Positions 1-12,474 of a DNA stretch of 64,000 nt are shown piece after piece. The stretch is taken from contig OZ024750.1 of assembly GCA_964016885.1 (NCBI GenBank), forward strand, positions 3,348,001 to 3,412,000, read 5' to 3'. This DNA comes from Eledone cirrhosa. Lineage: Eukaryota. Below the pieces are notes generated by a model that saw only the letters and a list, made by a program, of their open reading frames with translations, was not told the DNA's origin and searched no databases. Each line of letters opens with the position of its first letter. Within the stretch, counting starts at the first letter, position 1. The position numbers were made by a program, and so were the translations under genes.

Positions 1-71
<71 letters not shown>
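1..71. repeat. (AG)n microsatellite
   Basis: Pure AG dinucleotide run at the window start. Confidence 0.99.
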
Positions 72-74
<3 letters not shown>

Positions 75-746
75 ACATTGCTGAAACAGAAGATTCGATT
101 GAAAAGAGACGACAGTAGCGGTAGAGGTGACAATAATATATTCGATTAAACTTACAAGTAAAACAGCTTTCAGCACAATACAGTGAAACCGAACAAAACA
201 CAGCATTACTTTCTACATTATACTATATTATTATTAACTGATTAAGCTAAATAATTTACTATTTCAATTACCATTGTCTAGTCCTTTCATTTTTATTTTT
301 AGGTTTTTTACCCAAATTCCTAGAAATATATCGGAAGGGCATTTCTGATAAAGATATCTTTTTTTTTTTTTCTTTCTTCACCTAATTTAGATCGAAGCAC
401 TCGTCTTTTACATTGAACAAATCAATATCTAATTAACAAAGTTGCATCTGTAGTAAACCGAATAGTATATTGAAAGTGAGATAAAGTGGGGCGTGTTTAC
501 TGGACCAAATCGGGAATGTTTTTTTACAAAGAAAGATATACACAACTCGCCGAGGTAAACAAAAATATACAAAGCAACTTTATAGTAGCGAGTAATACAA
601 TTTAAACACTACAATAAACATATAATCAATTGAAATACCAACTAAAGCAACTGTGTAATAGTAAATACAAGTACAATACCTAAATATATCGGAATCAGAA
701 CAAAAACAAAAGTTCCATTCCAAATGTAGGTAAATTTCTAGAACGA

Positions 747-1121
747 TCCACCACCACCACCACCTTCAGTGGGAAATTATTATTATTGTTTTGTTTTCGT
801 TCCGTGTGCTCTTAATTAAATTTATCTCCTAAATATACTGTAAAGGACTTTTTCTCCTTCGGAAAACGAAGGAGGAAGGGCGGCTGCGTGAGGGGACCCT
901 CGGACCTTCCCCCGCTTCCCCCTGGAATTTCTTCCCCCCCCCCCCTAATTCTAACCCCGGAGGAAGGAGGAATAGTGATGTGATGAAAAGTCCGAAGGTC
1001 GCCCCCTCTCACCTTTCCCTGTTACGAGGGGAAGGGAAAAGTCCTTTGTAATATATTAGGAGGTAAGTTTATTTGATAGCACAGGTAAAACAAAAATTGA
1101 TTTCCTCTTGGAATCGGTGGA
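747..1121 (+). other. Long imperfect inverted repeat / candidate hairpin RNA
   Basis: 805-855 pairs with 1034-1083, 888-909 with 985-1012, 789-797 with 1087-1095, 772-777 with 1100-1105 and 747-752 with 1116-1121. Confidence 0.75.
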
Positions 1122-1945
1122 GTGCCTCTATAAACATTTTTTCAATTTGAAAGCTCTTAATTTTATTTGGAACCTCACCAAATCGGGTTTAATTTCTAAA
1201 ATTAAAATTTTGAATTTTTTTTTTTTAATCAATGGGGGAAAACGAGATATTTGAATGCAATTTGTTGTCAGTTTTATTACTAATATTACATTCTACTTAA
1301 GATAATTAACACTGATATTCTACTTAAGATAATTAACACTTTAATTAAGCCTTGGAACTAAAGAGATAGTGACTATAACATTAGATAATTGTCTAAAGTT
1401 GTGCCACGATGGTTGCATTTCATCTTAGCTAGACATATGGTAACTTGTGTGTATATAAATTTCACTTGGTGTAGATTTCGTATATAAAGATGTATATTTT
1501 GTATATAAAGATGTTCATTTCACTAGATGTATATTTCGTGTATAAAGATGTATATTTCACTTGATGTAGATTTCGTGTATAAAAATATAAAAATGTACAT
1601 TTCACCTCGTGTAAAAAGTAAAATTTATCAAATAATAACAAACCAGCGAACAGATTAAATATTTACAAATATAATAAAGAGATGCAATTTAATAATATTA
1701 ATATTTTTTTAATTTTCATAGTGACAGCATCTATTTCTGATTGTACAGATTAATTTGAAAATAAACAATACTTTTGACTGAAAGATACAGAATAATTATT
1801 AATTATACCTTAATTATAACAGGTACATATAACTGGTCGATAACATTACAAAAGTATTTATAAAATCAACAAGTTAGTGTAGATTCTTGGTTTTATAATA
1901 TGAAACACTATAAAGATTATTTCACTGCAACCAGTATAGTTTTCC

Positions 1946-2096
1946 TTTCTGTTTATATTTTCATTCTGTAAGAATTATAAACAATTTTGTGATGTTATTA
2001 AATGTATTTAATTATAAATTGTCTTAACTCTTTTATGGTCGTATTTCTTATAAAATTAACACTTCAATTCTTACAGAATGAAAATATAAACAGAAA
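1946..2096. repeat. 31-bp perfect inverted repeat with 89-bp spacer
   Basis: TTTCTGTTTATATTTTCATTCTGTAAGAATT (1946-1976) and its reverse complement (2066-2096). Confidence 0.9.
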
Positions 2097-2336
2097 TAGT
2101 ATATACTTTACCTTTTAAAGTTTCATAGAACCAATTAGTTGAAGCAAATATATTAAATATATTTCGAGAAAAATGTAATTTAATGATCCAGGTGCGATTG
2201 AAACTAAGAACTTAAACAAGTGGACGAAATATATATATATTTTTTTAATGTCTTTAATGTATCACTTTGATGTTCCAACAACCATCATCACCATTGTCAA
2301 GTAGTAGACATCGAAATAAACATTTACATAAAAAAT

Positions 2337-2521
2337 GGGCGGTGAATTGGCAGTATTGGTAGAGGGTCGGACGCCATGCTTTCTAGCATAGAGTTACGGT
2401 CCTTGCCATTCTGAGTTCAAATCACGCCGAGGTTAATTTTGCCTTACGGGGTCGATAAAATAAAGTACCAGTAATGCACTGGGTTATTTGCTGGCCTTGT
2501 GCCAAAAGTAGAAACAATTAT
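2337..2521 (+). mobile_element. tRNA-derived SINE with Meta-domain-like core (SINE family M)
   Basis: A-box-like TGGCAGTATTGG, B-box GAGTTCAAATC, core GGGGTCGATAAAATAAAGTACCAG, tail GCTGGCCTTGTGCCAAAAGTAGAAACAATTAT; about 30 related copies or fragments in the window. Confidence 0.85.
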
Positions 2522-2818
2522 TTACATCAAAAATGATAAATTTCTGCCACCTTTCCCGTTATTCTCCACCATATCACCTGCTTGGATGTTGTTATCGCCC
2601 AAACATTATATTAAAATGTTATGTTTACTTAAATAACAGATATGTAGGCTATATAGTCTACATTGAAATCCATTACAGTTTAACACGCGGCACAGCTTCT
2701 TTAATAATATAATCCATCTGATTGAGGTTACAAGTTAAAAAAGGATTAACGTTCTCTCTCTCTCATATACACACATGCACATATACACACACACATTATA
2801 TATATATATACATACACA

Positions 2819-2821
<3 letters not shown>

Positions 2822-2886
<65 letters not shown>
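2822..2886. repeat. (TG)n microsatellite
   Basis: Pure TG run. Confidence 0.99.
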
Positions 2887-2888
<2 letters not shown>

Positions 2889-3224
2889 ATGTACTTATGT
2901 ATTTTGGTAGTATATGTATGTATGCATATACATGTATATTTACAGAGAGAACGTTCAGCTTTTATTTGTACATGTGTGGATCCATAACTCCTGATCCTGA
3001 CAGAGTCGTTAGGAAGGCCATAATTATATACGTGTGGGACATTTTAAACCTGATGGAGCCCATCTCACCTTCCAGGTGTCTTCTAGAGAAGGAGAGAAGA
3101 CGAATCGATCCCAGTACTGGACTGGATATTTTGTTTTATCGACCTTGAAAGAATGGATATATTAGGTACATGTGTTTTGCGCTTTACCAATGGACAGAAC
3201 TGGTCATTCTGTTAACCGTGATAT

Positions 3225-3362
3225 AATTGTTTCTACGTTAGGCACAAGGCCAGCAATTATACCAGTGTATTACTGGTACTTTATTTTATCGACCCCGTAA
3301 GGATGAAAGGCAAAGTTAACCTCGGCGTGATTTGAACTCAGAATGGCAAGGGCCGTAACTCC
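3225..3362 (-). mobile_element. SINE family M, 5'-truncated
   Basis: Reverse complement of the family M B-box, core and tail. Confidence 0.85.
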
Positions 3363-3429
3363 ATCCATCAAAGTATGGCAATAGTAGGAAAAGCACTCTA
3401 CGTTATTTTAATCATATATATATATATAT

Positions 3430-3717
3430 CAAAAGAAAACTGCTTTCACCCTTAACGGGATCCTCTGACGCAAAAAAAAAAAAAATCTGTGAACGCAGAA
3501 GTAAATATTTCGAAAAAAGTTGCAACCAAAGGAAAACAGGAAGACGATACTTTGGTTCGTGAAGACGTTCTCTAGCAATAAACGGAAACAAGCGAAGATA
3601 ATACGTCATTATGTGGAGTGGTGAGAACAATTACACGCAAAGACAGAACCACGTTTATGGTATAAATGATGTCGTAAACTAATATTCTATTTAGGAAACC
3701 GAATGATTCTCGGCTTC

Positions 3718-3718
<1 letters not shown>
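3430..3718 (-). mobile_element. Penelope-like pLTR remnant, hammerhead family C (3' end degenerate)
   Basis: Flanked by TA runs; homologous to 55962-56122; minus strand reads CAGAGGA-TCCC-GTTAA-GGGT-GAAA-GCAG. Confidence 0.55.
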
Positions 3719-3753
<35 letters not shown>

Positions 3754-4529
3754 ATGTATATATATATACATACTTATTTGTATGTTAGAGAGCTATAGTT
3801 TTACACAAAACTATGTGTTTATGTAGTAATGGTTGGAAGTGAGAGAGACTTAACGAAAAAGTAATGTTGTTGTTTTTATGATTAAAGAATATATCTAGAG
3901 AGGGGAAAATAGAATAGAAGAAATACATAATATATCTAAATAAAATAAATATTACATAAATCGATCGCGAGTGTCTTTAACCAACAAAATTTCCGAGACA
4001 AGGTGTCAATATTTTATGTGGATTTTACATGCTATTGATACTTTTCTGAGAGACAGTAAAGAGTCAAGAGTGAATAAATAGGCTTCGATCGGAAATCGAA
4101 ACCAACAGTTTACACGCCGATCCATGACATCCGACCCTTACAAAACAAACGTTAGTTATTGATCCAGGATTTTATAACAGACACCAACATTTACTGAAAC
4201 TTTGTACGAACAAAGATGTTGATTCTCAACATTTCTCATCAAAATACGGCCAATTGTTCCTAGCAAAGAACTCCAAGATGAGAGTCTTCAATTAATTTAA
4301 GAAAATTTCAAGGTAGATCTTTGAGAATTAAACAAATGCCTAATAAAATATGATTTTTGTTAAGAAGAATTATGGAATATTATAATATATTACCCTATGT
4401 GAAAATAGAAGACCATGTTTTTTATAGGTGGTACGAATGTCTTGAGAACGACAAGATAAATCCAAAAAATTGATACAAAATGTCTTTAAGAAACAACAGA
4501 GAAAAATATTATTTTTTTAAACGGATGCA

Positions 4530-4965
4530 GTGTGTGTGTGTGCATTCGTGGATGTATCTGTCTGTGCGTGTGTGTATCTGTGTGTGCGTTCGTCTGTGTC
4601 TCTGTGCGTGTGTATAACTGAGTATGTGCTTGTATAACTCTGTGTGCGTGTATATTTATGTATGCGTGTATATCTGTGTGTGCGTGCCTATCTCTATATG
4701 CATGTATATGTACATGTGGATGCATGCGTGCGTATCTCTGTAAGTGTATGTACATGTGTGTGCGTTCGTGTGTATCTATGTATGTAAGTGTATGTACATG
4801 TGTGTACGTGCGTATCTGTATGTACATGTGTGTGTTCATATCTATGTATGTAAGTGTATGTACATCTGTGTACGTGTATACCTCTGTATGTGTATGTACA
4901 TCTCTGTATGTGTATGTACATGTGTGTACGTGCGTATCTCTGTATGTGTATGTACATGTGTGTAC
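4530..4965. repeat. Degenerate TG/TA-rich minisatellite
   Basis: Repeating TGTATGTACATGTGTG-like units. Confidence 0.9.
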
Positions 4966-5244
4966 GCGCCATCCAACTCAATCGACAAGTTTTATCCAAG
5001 CTCATCCATCCTACCTTAAGAGATTATAAGTACATAGATGGCGACACTTTGTATTTTTTCTTCTCTTTTTACATATATATGTGTGTAAATATGTTACCTT
5101 ATGTTGTTTATTACATAACTATATATATATATATATATATTTTTCTAAATCTTTCGTTAACTACTTTTCCCATCTTGACGTTATAGTCGCATATATGTTA
5201 TAGAATGCCGTTAGCTTCTTGCTAAAACAATCTCTATACCTCTC

Positions 5245-5281
<37 letters not shown>

Positions 5282-5582
5282 GAAAGTCTAACGTGTAGAC
5301 TTCTATCTTGACATACAATAGTTGTGTTGACAAATAACAGCCGGGTAGATAACCTAAAAGACTTGGCTTTATAAGTCTAAATATGCTACAGGTCTTTCAT
5401 CAGGATTCTGTGCCAGAGCCAGACACCATTCTATGTTGTGGAAATATGTCAGATGTTGGGGAATTAAATAACATTTTCTGGGGTTTTTTTCATTTGGAAT
5501 AAAATGTCGGTGATCTGTGATAGTTTAAAGCAACAATTTGCATTTCAACCACATAACGATACGGAAAACTCGTTGCTATTAT

Positions 5583-5759
5583 TATCGGTAGAGGGTCGGA
5601 CACCATGTTGTGCAGCATAGAGTTACGGCCCTTGCCATTCTGAGTTCAAATCCCGCCGAGGTTAACTTTACCTTTCATCCTTACGGGGTCGATAAAATAA
5701 AATACCAGTAATGCACTGAGATAATTGCTGGCCTTGTGCCAAAAGTAGAAACAATTATT
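5583..5759 (+). mobile_element. SINE family M
   Basis: Near full-length copy with B-box, core and tail. Confidence 0.88.
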
Positions 5760-6212
5760 GTAAAAGGATTAACTTTCTAATAAGACTCAGTAACAAAACA
5801 AAAACATCGCTAAAAATTTTAGTTTCTTTTCCCCCAAAACAATTCTAGGAATTGTGTCATGTTTTGTGACATGCAAAATAAACTCGAGTTTAGACTAAAA
5901 TTAGTGGTGGACGGGTGGATGGAAGGGTGTGGAGTCTAAATAGGGAATTTCTATTGTTGTTGTTTAGGATTATTAACAACAGGATTATTAACAACATTTG
6001 TTATCTTGAGTTGTCAACTGGACAAAGAAATGTGTCGATTATACATAACGTAACCAACCAAACATGACATAACAAACTACACCCTTCTTGATTAAAATAA
6101 ACTTTCTTGCCATTTATTTTTAACGTCTACATATATTCTTGAAGAACTATCAACATGAAAAATACTAGGAGAAAGTTGTGTATGTGTTTATATATATATA
6201 TATATATATATA

Positions 6213-6419
6213 GTATTAATAATAAATGTGAAGACTAAAATCCAAAGAGGGTTCGATAAGGATAAATATATAAATATATATCAAATATATAAGAACCCTA
6301 GAGCAAATACTTATTAAAATAACAGATTAAAGTTTAAGCAAAGAATCGCTGCTTTCACCCTTAACGGGATCCCGTTAAGGGTGAAAGCAGCGATTCTTTG
6401 CTTAAACTTTAATCTGTTA
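6213..6419 (-). mobile_element. Hammerhead family C element with 100-bp perfect fold-back palindrome
   Basis: 6320-6419 is a perfect palindrome centred on GGA|TCC; near-identical to 16675-16888 in the opposite orientation; lies between TA runs. Confidence 0.8.
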
Positions 6420-6584
6420 ATTTATATATATATATATATAAATATATATGCAGAGGTCATATTTAATTTGTTGGGATTCAACAAGCTTAAACATTTTTTA
6501 TAACTGATATAAAGCACTCAACAAGTAAGTGGAGTAAATACACAATATATTAATAAATGGAAACTATATTTATAAAACCATATT

Positions 6585-6650
6585 TATTTTATTATACATA
6601 TTTCAAGGACAACCAAGGCAAATTATGGTGCGCTTTCATCAGATAAAATA
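6585..6650 (-). ncRNA. Type I hammerhead ribozyme, family A
   Basis: Minus strand: TATTTTAT-CTGATGA-[31-nt stem II]-GAA-ATATGTAT-A-ATAAAATA; 8-bp stem I and an intact core. Confidence 0.8.
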
Positions 6651-6719
6651 CAGATTTGTTTTATAAATAAATATTGACATACTCGAAAAAAAGACAACCT
6701 TAACGGTTGGAGCTTCCTG

Positions 6720-6805
6720 GATAGAATTTTTCTGTAGTGCTTCATATCTGTTATGAACATAATTCTGCTCATAACAGATATGAAGCACTACAGAAAAATT
6801 CTATC
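6720..6805. repeat. 37-bp perfect fold-back at the presumed 5' end of the family A element
   Basis: 6720-6756 is the reverse complement of 6769-6805. Confidence 0.9.
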
Positions 6806-6869
6806 TGGAGTTATTATATTATTATTAATAGTAAAAAATGGAAAATACCACTATAGCATCATAATTATT

Positions 6870-6900
<31 letters not shown>

Positions 6901-6915
6901 GTATATGTATGTATG

Positions 6916-6947
<32 letters not shown>

Positions 6948-6981
6948 TGTATATATATGTATGTATGTATATGTATGTATG

Positions 6982-7013
<32 letters not shown>

Positions 7014-7166
7014 TGTATGTATGTATGTATGTATGTATGTATGTATGTATGTATGTATGTATGTATGTATGTATGTATGTATGTATGTATGTATGTATAT
7101 GTATGTATGTTTGTTTTTGTTTTTTTTCTGCAATGGCCATACTCGATAACGATGGGGCAGTTATCA

Positions 7167-7234
<68 letters not shown>

Positions 7235-7250
7235 GTGTGCGTGCGTGCGT
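6870..7250. repeat. (TA)n/(TATG)n and (TG)n microsatellites
   Basis: Simple repeats. Confidence 0.98.
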
Positions 7251-7386
7251 GTAACCTCACTCTTGCACGATCTATGGACTTGCAAATCCTTGGCAGGTTT
7301 AAAATGTAGGTCGTTATTATATTTTTGTATTTACTATACAGAACGCAGTCCGATACTATGGGGGACATGGGGTTAGAATGTCTCAA

Positions 7387-7838
7387 GAAAGAATCGCTGG
7401 ACAGATTTTACGGGCAAAACCAACCGGCAAGAGACCCAGGGGTAGACCCTGAGCAAGATGGTTGGATAATATCCATGAGATTGGCTGGTCACGCTTGGGG
7501 ATCCAGCCAGATCAGTTGGAGACGGTTGCTTCTGGCAGGACCCCGCTGGAAGGACTGTTTGAAGACCCTGCCCTCTCGACCCTATCAGGAATAAGTGGGC
7601 GTGGAGATATCAGGGATTAAAAACAGGACATTTTACTTGTTACGTTCCCAGGAGTGTTTGAGGACTGCCCCTCCACGACCCTCTCTAGAACAAATGGGCG
7701 AAGAAGAAGAAAGGTAATATTGGAGATACCATGGATTGAACCCAGACCTTTTGCTTGCTACCGTCCACAGGAGTGTTTAAGGACTCTGTCCCCGCCCCCT
7801 CTCAGGAATCAGGGGACGGCGAAGAAGAAGACTATAGA
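7387..7838 (+). mobile_element. Non-autonomous element derived from an Expander/Rex3-like RTE LINE 3' end, with an iterated tail module
   Basis: Translates RIAGQILRAKPTGKRPRGRP*ARWLDNIHEIGWSRLGIQPDQLETVA...WKDCLKTLPSRP, matching the RTE/Expander ORF C-terminal pattern; homologous to 52185-52514. Confidence 0.7.
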
Positions 7839-8967
7839 GAACGCTTCTCTATTCACCACCATCCCAGACATAGATACAGACCAACACAAACTCACAATAT
7901 CCCACAAATATTTTCTGATGTTTATTTTTTTGCTTTATGTTTTCTAAAATTAAATAAAATAAAAGATCAGCTAACAATTGTTCAGAAGTTGAGACAATCT
8001 CTACGTTGTTATATTTTCCTTTAAAGTCCAATACAATTTTATGGAGGGATTTATACATGTACCGAAAGATTTATTGTAAACTTGTAATCAATGATACAAC
8101 TACCATCTCTAATTTTTAAACTTATCGTTTAAAAATTATTTTAAAATCATTTTAATCTAAAATCGTTTGCAGTTCCTAATACAAAGGTGTGAACATCTTG
8201 AATTAGAATTTTTAAAAAATAAGTTTCGAAAATGTAAAAAAAAAAAAAATTTTTAAATTAACAAAAAATTATTTTATACTTTTTATACTAAACAAACTTC
8301 GATCTATTGCTAACATAAATAATTAAAATTTTCTTATAAAAATTTAAAAAATATATATATTAAAAAATCTAAGTTTTAATCTAAAAGTAAAACAAAGAAA
8401 TGTTTCAAGGGGGTGGGGCAAGAAAGAAATGTTTCAAGGGGGTGGGGCAAGAAACAAACATTTTCTAAGGATAATATTAATATATTTATAAAAACAATGA
8501 TTAAAACAGATTGATGTTACTATCAGGTAATCGACAGCAGTAATAATTAATGGCTAACAATGTAAGAAATTTTAAAAGGTGACTGTAATTATATCAATGC
8601 TCCACCATAAGCATCTCCCTTGAAAACTGATAAAGAAAACACGTGTTATTATTTATGTTATTAAATTTCATTAGATTATTAAATCCATCATTTAACTCCC
8701 ATAAATAAATATAATAACTCTAATAAAGAAAAGTATTTGGTGTTAATATATGCTACCGGGGCAGAAAGCGGCGGCATTATTTGATGATAGAGGGAAGAGT
8801 TTAGTGATGTTTTAAAATGACAGGTGAAAATCATACAGGTTTCTTACCTTGTTACTTTCATGATGGCGCCTTTACAGTCATGTGACTTATTCGCACAACA
8901 TTCAATCATATAAACCTTCTCTCACCCACCTTCGCACTAATTCTCCATGTTGTCTAACATAAACTAC

Positions 8968-9130
8968 TTTCTATCTCTCTCTCTCTCTCTCTCATACACA
9001 CACATTCACTCTCTCTCATACACACACACACACATTCACTCTCTCATACACACATTCACTTTCTCTCTCTCATACACACACATTCACTGTCTCTCTCATA
9101 CACACTTATTCACTGTCTCTCTCTCTCCTG
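8968..9130. repeat. CT/CA low-complexity repeat
   Basis: CTCTCATACACACACATTCA-like units. Confidence 0.9.
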
Positions 9131-10282
9131 TTGTCGTTCTATCTCTCTTGTCGTCATATAAACTATCCCTCCTATTTTCTCTCATTTAAACTACTTTTCC
9201 CGTCCTGTCTTTCAATATATTTGCTTATTCTTTCTTTCCTTTCTATAGTTTGCGCTCCAGCTAGAATCTCAATTTTTAATCGTGTTTTCTCTCCTTCCAT
9301 GTATTTTCACACTTTCTCACATTCTAAAACCATATTTAATTCTCTTGATGTTTAAATCTATTTCACCTCTTTAGTTACGTCTCTCTCTCTATCTCACATC
9401 TCTCTATCTCTCTGTCTCTCTATCTCTCTCTACACACACAATCCTTTCCTTGTCCTATAACCAACATTGTACAAAAATATAAACACACCCTCACTTGTAA
9501 ATTGTCCACACGAGGAAGACGACAACAGACATGTCAACAAACTTGTCGCTGTGTCAATTGTATATAGTGTTTAGAAGTAAACTTCCGGGGTGGAGACAAA
9601 TTATTGAAAGAGTACTAAAAATAAAAATAAAATAAAAAAAGATTGCTTCAAGATACAAGATAAAATCGAATATGATACAAGATAAAATCGACATAATAAA
9701 CTTGCTGTTATAAGTAAGTTAGTGTTTGAGTGAAGAACACAAGCTGTGCGTGTTATTATAATCACTTTCTAGAAGTTAAAAAGGAAAACTTTCTGACGAT
9801 CAGCTTACAAACCTATACAAGTTATATATTAGTATGTGTATGAAATACTAATAATACAAAAAACTACTCTGCTAGAAGTGAGCACAAAGCAACTGGATTT
9901 GTAGTCATGCAAGGAAATCTATTGTCTAGAACTAAAAGAAGGGTTGTTATTTCGAATATACATCTATTACAAATAGTTACATGCTTATTTCAAGAGATTT
10001 TATTTATATTTAGACTTCAAAAAGATGTCTCCCATTCTTATTTGTTATTAAGAAATCTGTAATGAAATGAAGACATCATGTAAGTTATAGTTTCACCAAA
10101 TAAAGTTTATTGACTAATAGAGAGAAGTTTGAGAAGAGAAAACCAATATTTGGCCATTGGTTACTCCAGAATCTCTTCATGTTTGTAACTGATGATATTC
10201 TCTTAAAACTTGTGGAGTACTGATTTAGTCATACGAAGAAAGATCTTATTTCGTTACCCAGCATATTTGGTACGACATATAG

Positions 10283-10454
10283 CAGACTTGCCAACCTCTA
10301 AACCCAAACGTAGAAAATGAGAAAAAATGCCCCAAAACGGGGAGAAATGAAGCAAAATGGGGGAGATTTTACATAATGAAAGCTATACCCATTTTCACAA
10401 GAGAAGACATCTCTCACCCAACCCAAAGTGGATGGAGGAGACTTGACAAGTCTG
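10283..10454. mobile_element. Possible hAT-type MITE
   Basis: Ends CAGACTTGCCAA / TTGACAAGTCTG; no clear target-site duplication. Confidence 0.45.
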
Positions 10455-10721
10455 TATTTAGTATGATATATAGGAATGAAAATAGCAACAAAGTGGACGA
10501 ATATGCTATAATTTTATGTAATATCTTAATGGTAATCGTATGTAGTATCTTAACGGTAAACCAAACTCTACGGACAAAATAGTTACGCCCGAATTCTTAA
10601 GTCGCCAGTTGATGACGTATCTATACCCTGATATAACAGGGTTTTTCAACAAAGCCCACCATCTGATTTTTAATTCCATTTGAAGCCATTTAATTTCAAT
10701 TGGGTTAATGATACCGTCAGG

Positions 10722-10896
10722 CAGTGCCGGATTTACCATTGTGCTTAGGTGAGCATAAGACCCCCTGGACCAGGAAAGGCCATCTTCCCGCCAAAAAACA
10801 CTTTTTACGATAAATGTTATTTACAAGTGTCAAACATTCAAATGGGCCTCATAACTTAACTAGCACAGGGCCTCCTTTGTCCTAAATCCGGCACTG
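10722..10896. mobile_element. hAT-type MITE
   Basis: 14-bp TIR CAGTGCCGGATTTA / TAAATCCGGCACTG; flanking 8-mers CCGTCAGG / CCATCGGG match at 6 of 8 positions. Confidence 0.75.
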
Positions 10897-11229
10897 CCAT
10901 CGGGTACGGCATCTATGCCATATCATTCCTATAAATCTTCGTCTTTGGTGAATATGTAGTCCTAATATTAGCCTTGCGAAATAAATCAGAGATAACATAC
11001 ATTGACTTTAGATAACCCCTAGATAGATTGAAAAGATCCTTTCCGATATCCATGACTTTACCCAGATCAAGATAAAGTCAGTGTTTAGGAATTTATTTTC
11101 ATGACCAAAGCAAGCAGATTGTCTCGGCTTTCCCAACGACAATTTCTAAAAGAAACCGTTCTTTAGTTTACATAACTATTATACATACAAATAAACGCTA
11201 TATATATAGAGAGAGAGAGGGGAGGGAGA

Positions 11230-11435
11230 AGACCGACGCCACAAGGGGCGTTGGCGTTTCCCTTGTAATAATTCTTGAAGCAAGCCAACACACTGCTGCA
11301 GATGATTTGCGAAACTAAGATTCTGAAATAACCAAACACGTGGTCATTATCAGATATCTTGGTACGGTGAGCTGCCAACAATGACAAGAACCTCGTTGTC
11401 AGCGGCCCAGCTCCCTCAATTATTGAAGGTCACCA
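11230..11435 (-). mobile_element. Possible degenerate C-terminus of an RLE-type (CRE-like) non-LTR ORF
   Basis: PSIIEGAGPLTTRFLSLLAAHRTKISDNDHVFGYFRILVSQIICSSVLACFK resembles the C-terminal helices after the RLE catalytic motif; pattern recognition only. Confidence 0.35.
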
Positions 11436-11454
11436 GCTGAAAAAAATAATGGTT

Positions 11455-11623
11455 GGTACTTTTGGCACAAAGCCAGCAATTACCTAGTACATTACTGGTA
11501 CTTTATATTACCGACGCCGTAAGGATGAAAGGCAACGTTAACCTCGGCGGGATTTGACTTCAAATTGTAAAGGGACGTAACTACGCTGGAAAGCTTGGCG
11601 TCCGACTCTCTACCGATACTGCC
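11455..11623 (-). mobile_element. SINE family M
   Basis: Reverse complement of the family M consensus. Confidence 0.85.
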
Positions 11624-11834
11624 ATCTGATTTAGATACAAGGCCAGAAATGTTTGGTTTTAAACAAAAATATTGTGTGTATTAAAACAAGTGAATAGTAA
11701 TTATTAAACAGATATGATTTCCTAAAGAACTCAATCAATAACAATGTTGTTGTTGTTGTTACAGCTCACACCTATGCAGGTTTAGCTGGCCTCCTCCAAG
11801 GTATATCACGTTGGAGGTGTCTTGGGTAATTTAA

Positions 11835-12001
11835 TGATAGGGACCTCAACCCTATCATCTCATTTCTACAGCTGAGTAAACTGGAGCAACGTGAAATAAA
11901 GTGTCCTGCTCAAAGAAGCACACATCACCCGGACCGAGAATTGAACTCACAACCTTGCGATTGCAAGCCCAATGCTCTAACCACTAAGCCATACGCCTTC
12001 A
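11835..12001 (-). mobile_element. CORE-like SINE, 5' part
   Basis: Homologous to the head and core of 24058-24409. Confidence 0.8.
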
Positions 12002-12474
12002 CAATCAATAACAAGGAGAAAAATCGAAAGAAGACGAGAACACTGAATTACACGCTACAACAGAGAATGATGGTGTTACTCTCTATAAAAAATGTCAAAT
12101 AGTTTTAAAGAATGTCCCTGCACACATTGTCATAGTTTGTCACTCATTTCCCAGGTGCGGCGTCTCTTTTGAGTTGTTTGTTTTTTTCTTTCTCGGTCAT
12201 CATTCTTAAGTTGTCAAGAAATGAACGATGGTTTCTTGTCTTCCCTTTTTATCTTTTCGGTTGGCGGCACTAATATTCAGTAAAGAATACTCATTAAAAT
12301 CTAAACATGGCGACATTAGCTTTCTTCTCCTCAACAAATTATATTTCATATGTCACAGACTCGTCACCCAATACTAACGATGTTCCTATTAGGAAGGTAT
12401 TATTATGTTCCGCGGTGGTGTGACAGTATCGGTAGAGAATTGGACGCCATGCTTTCCAGCATAGAATTACTTCT

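Noticed and set aside
5340-5405. Minus-strand CTGATGA followed by an AAGAC/GTCTT stem near a TA run
   Set aside because: No GAAA box after the stem and no stem I/III; not callable as a hammerhead
12307-12396. AAAC-ATG-GCG 30-codon open stretch ending at AAG|GTATTA
   Set aside because: Weak donor, unrecognisable peptide and no supporting exons
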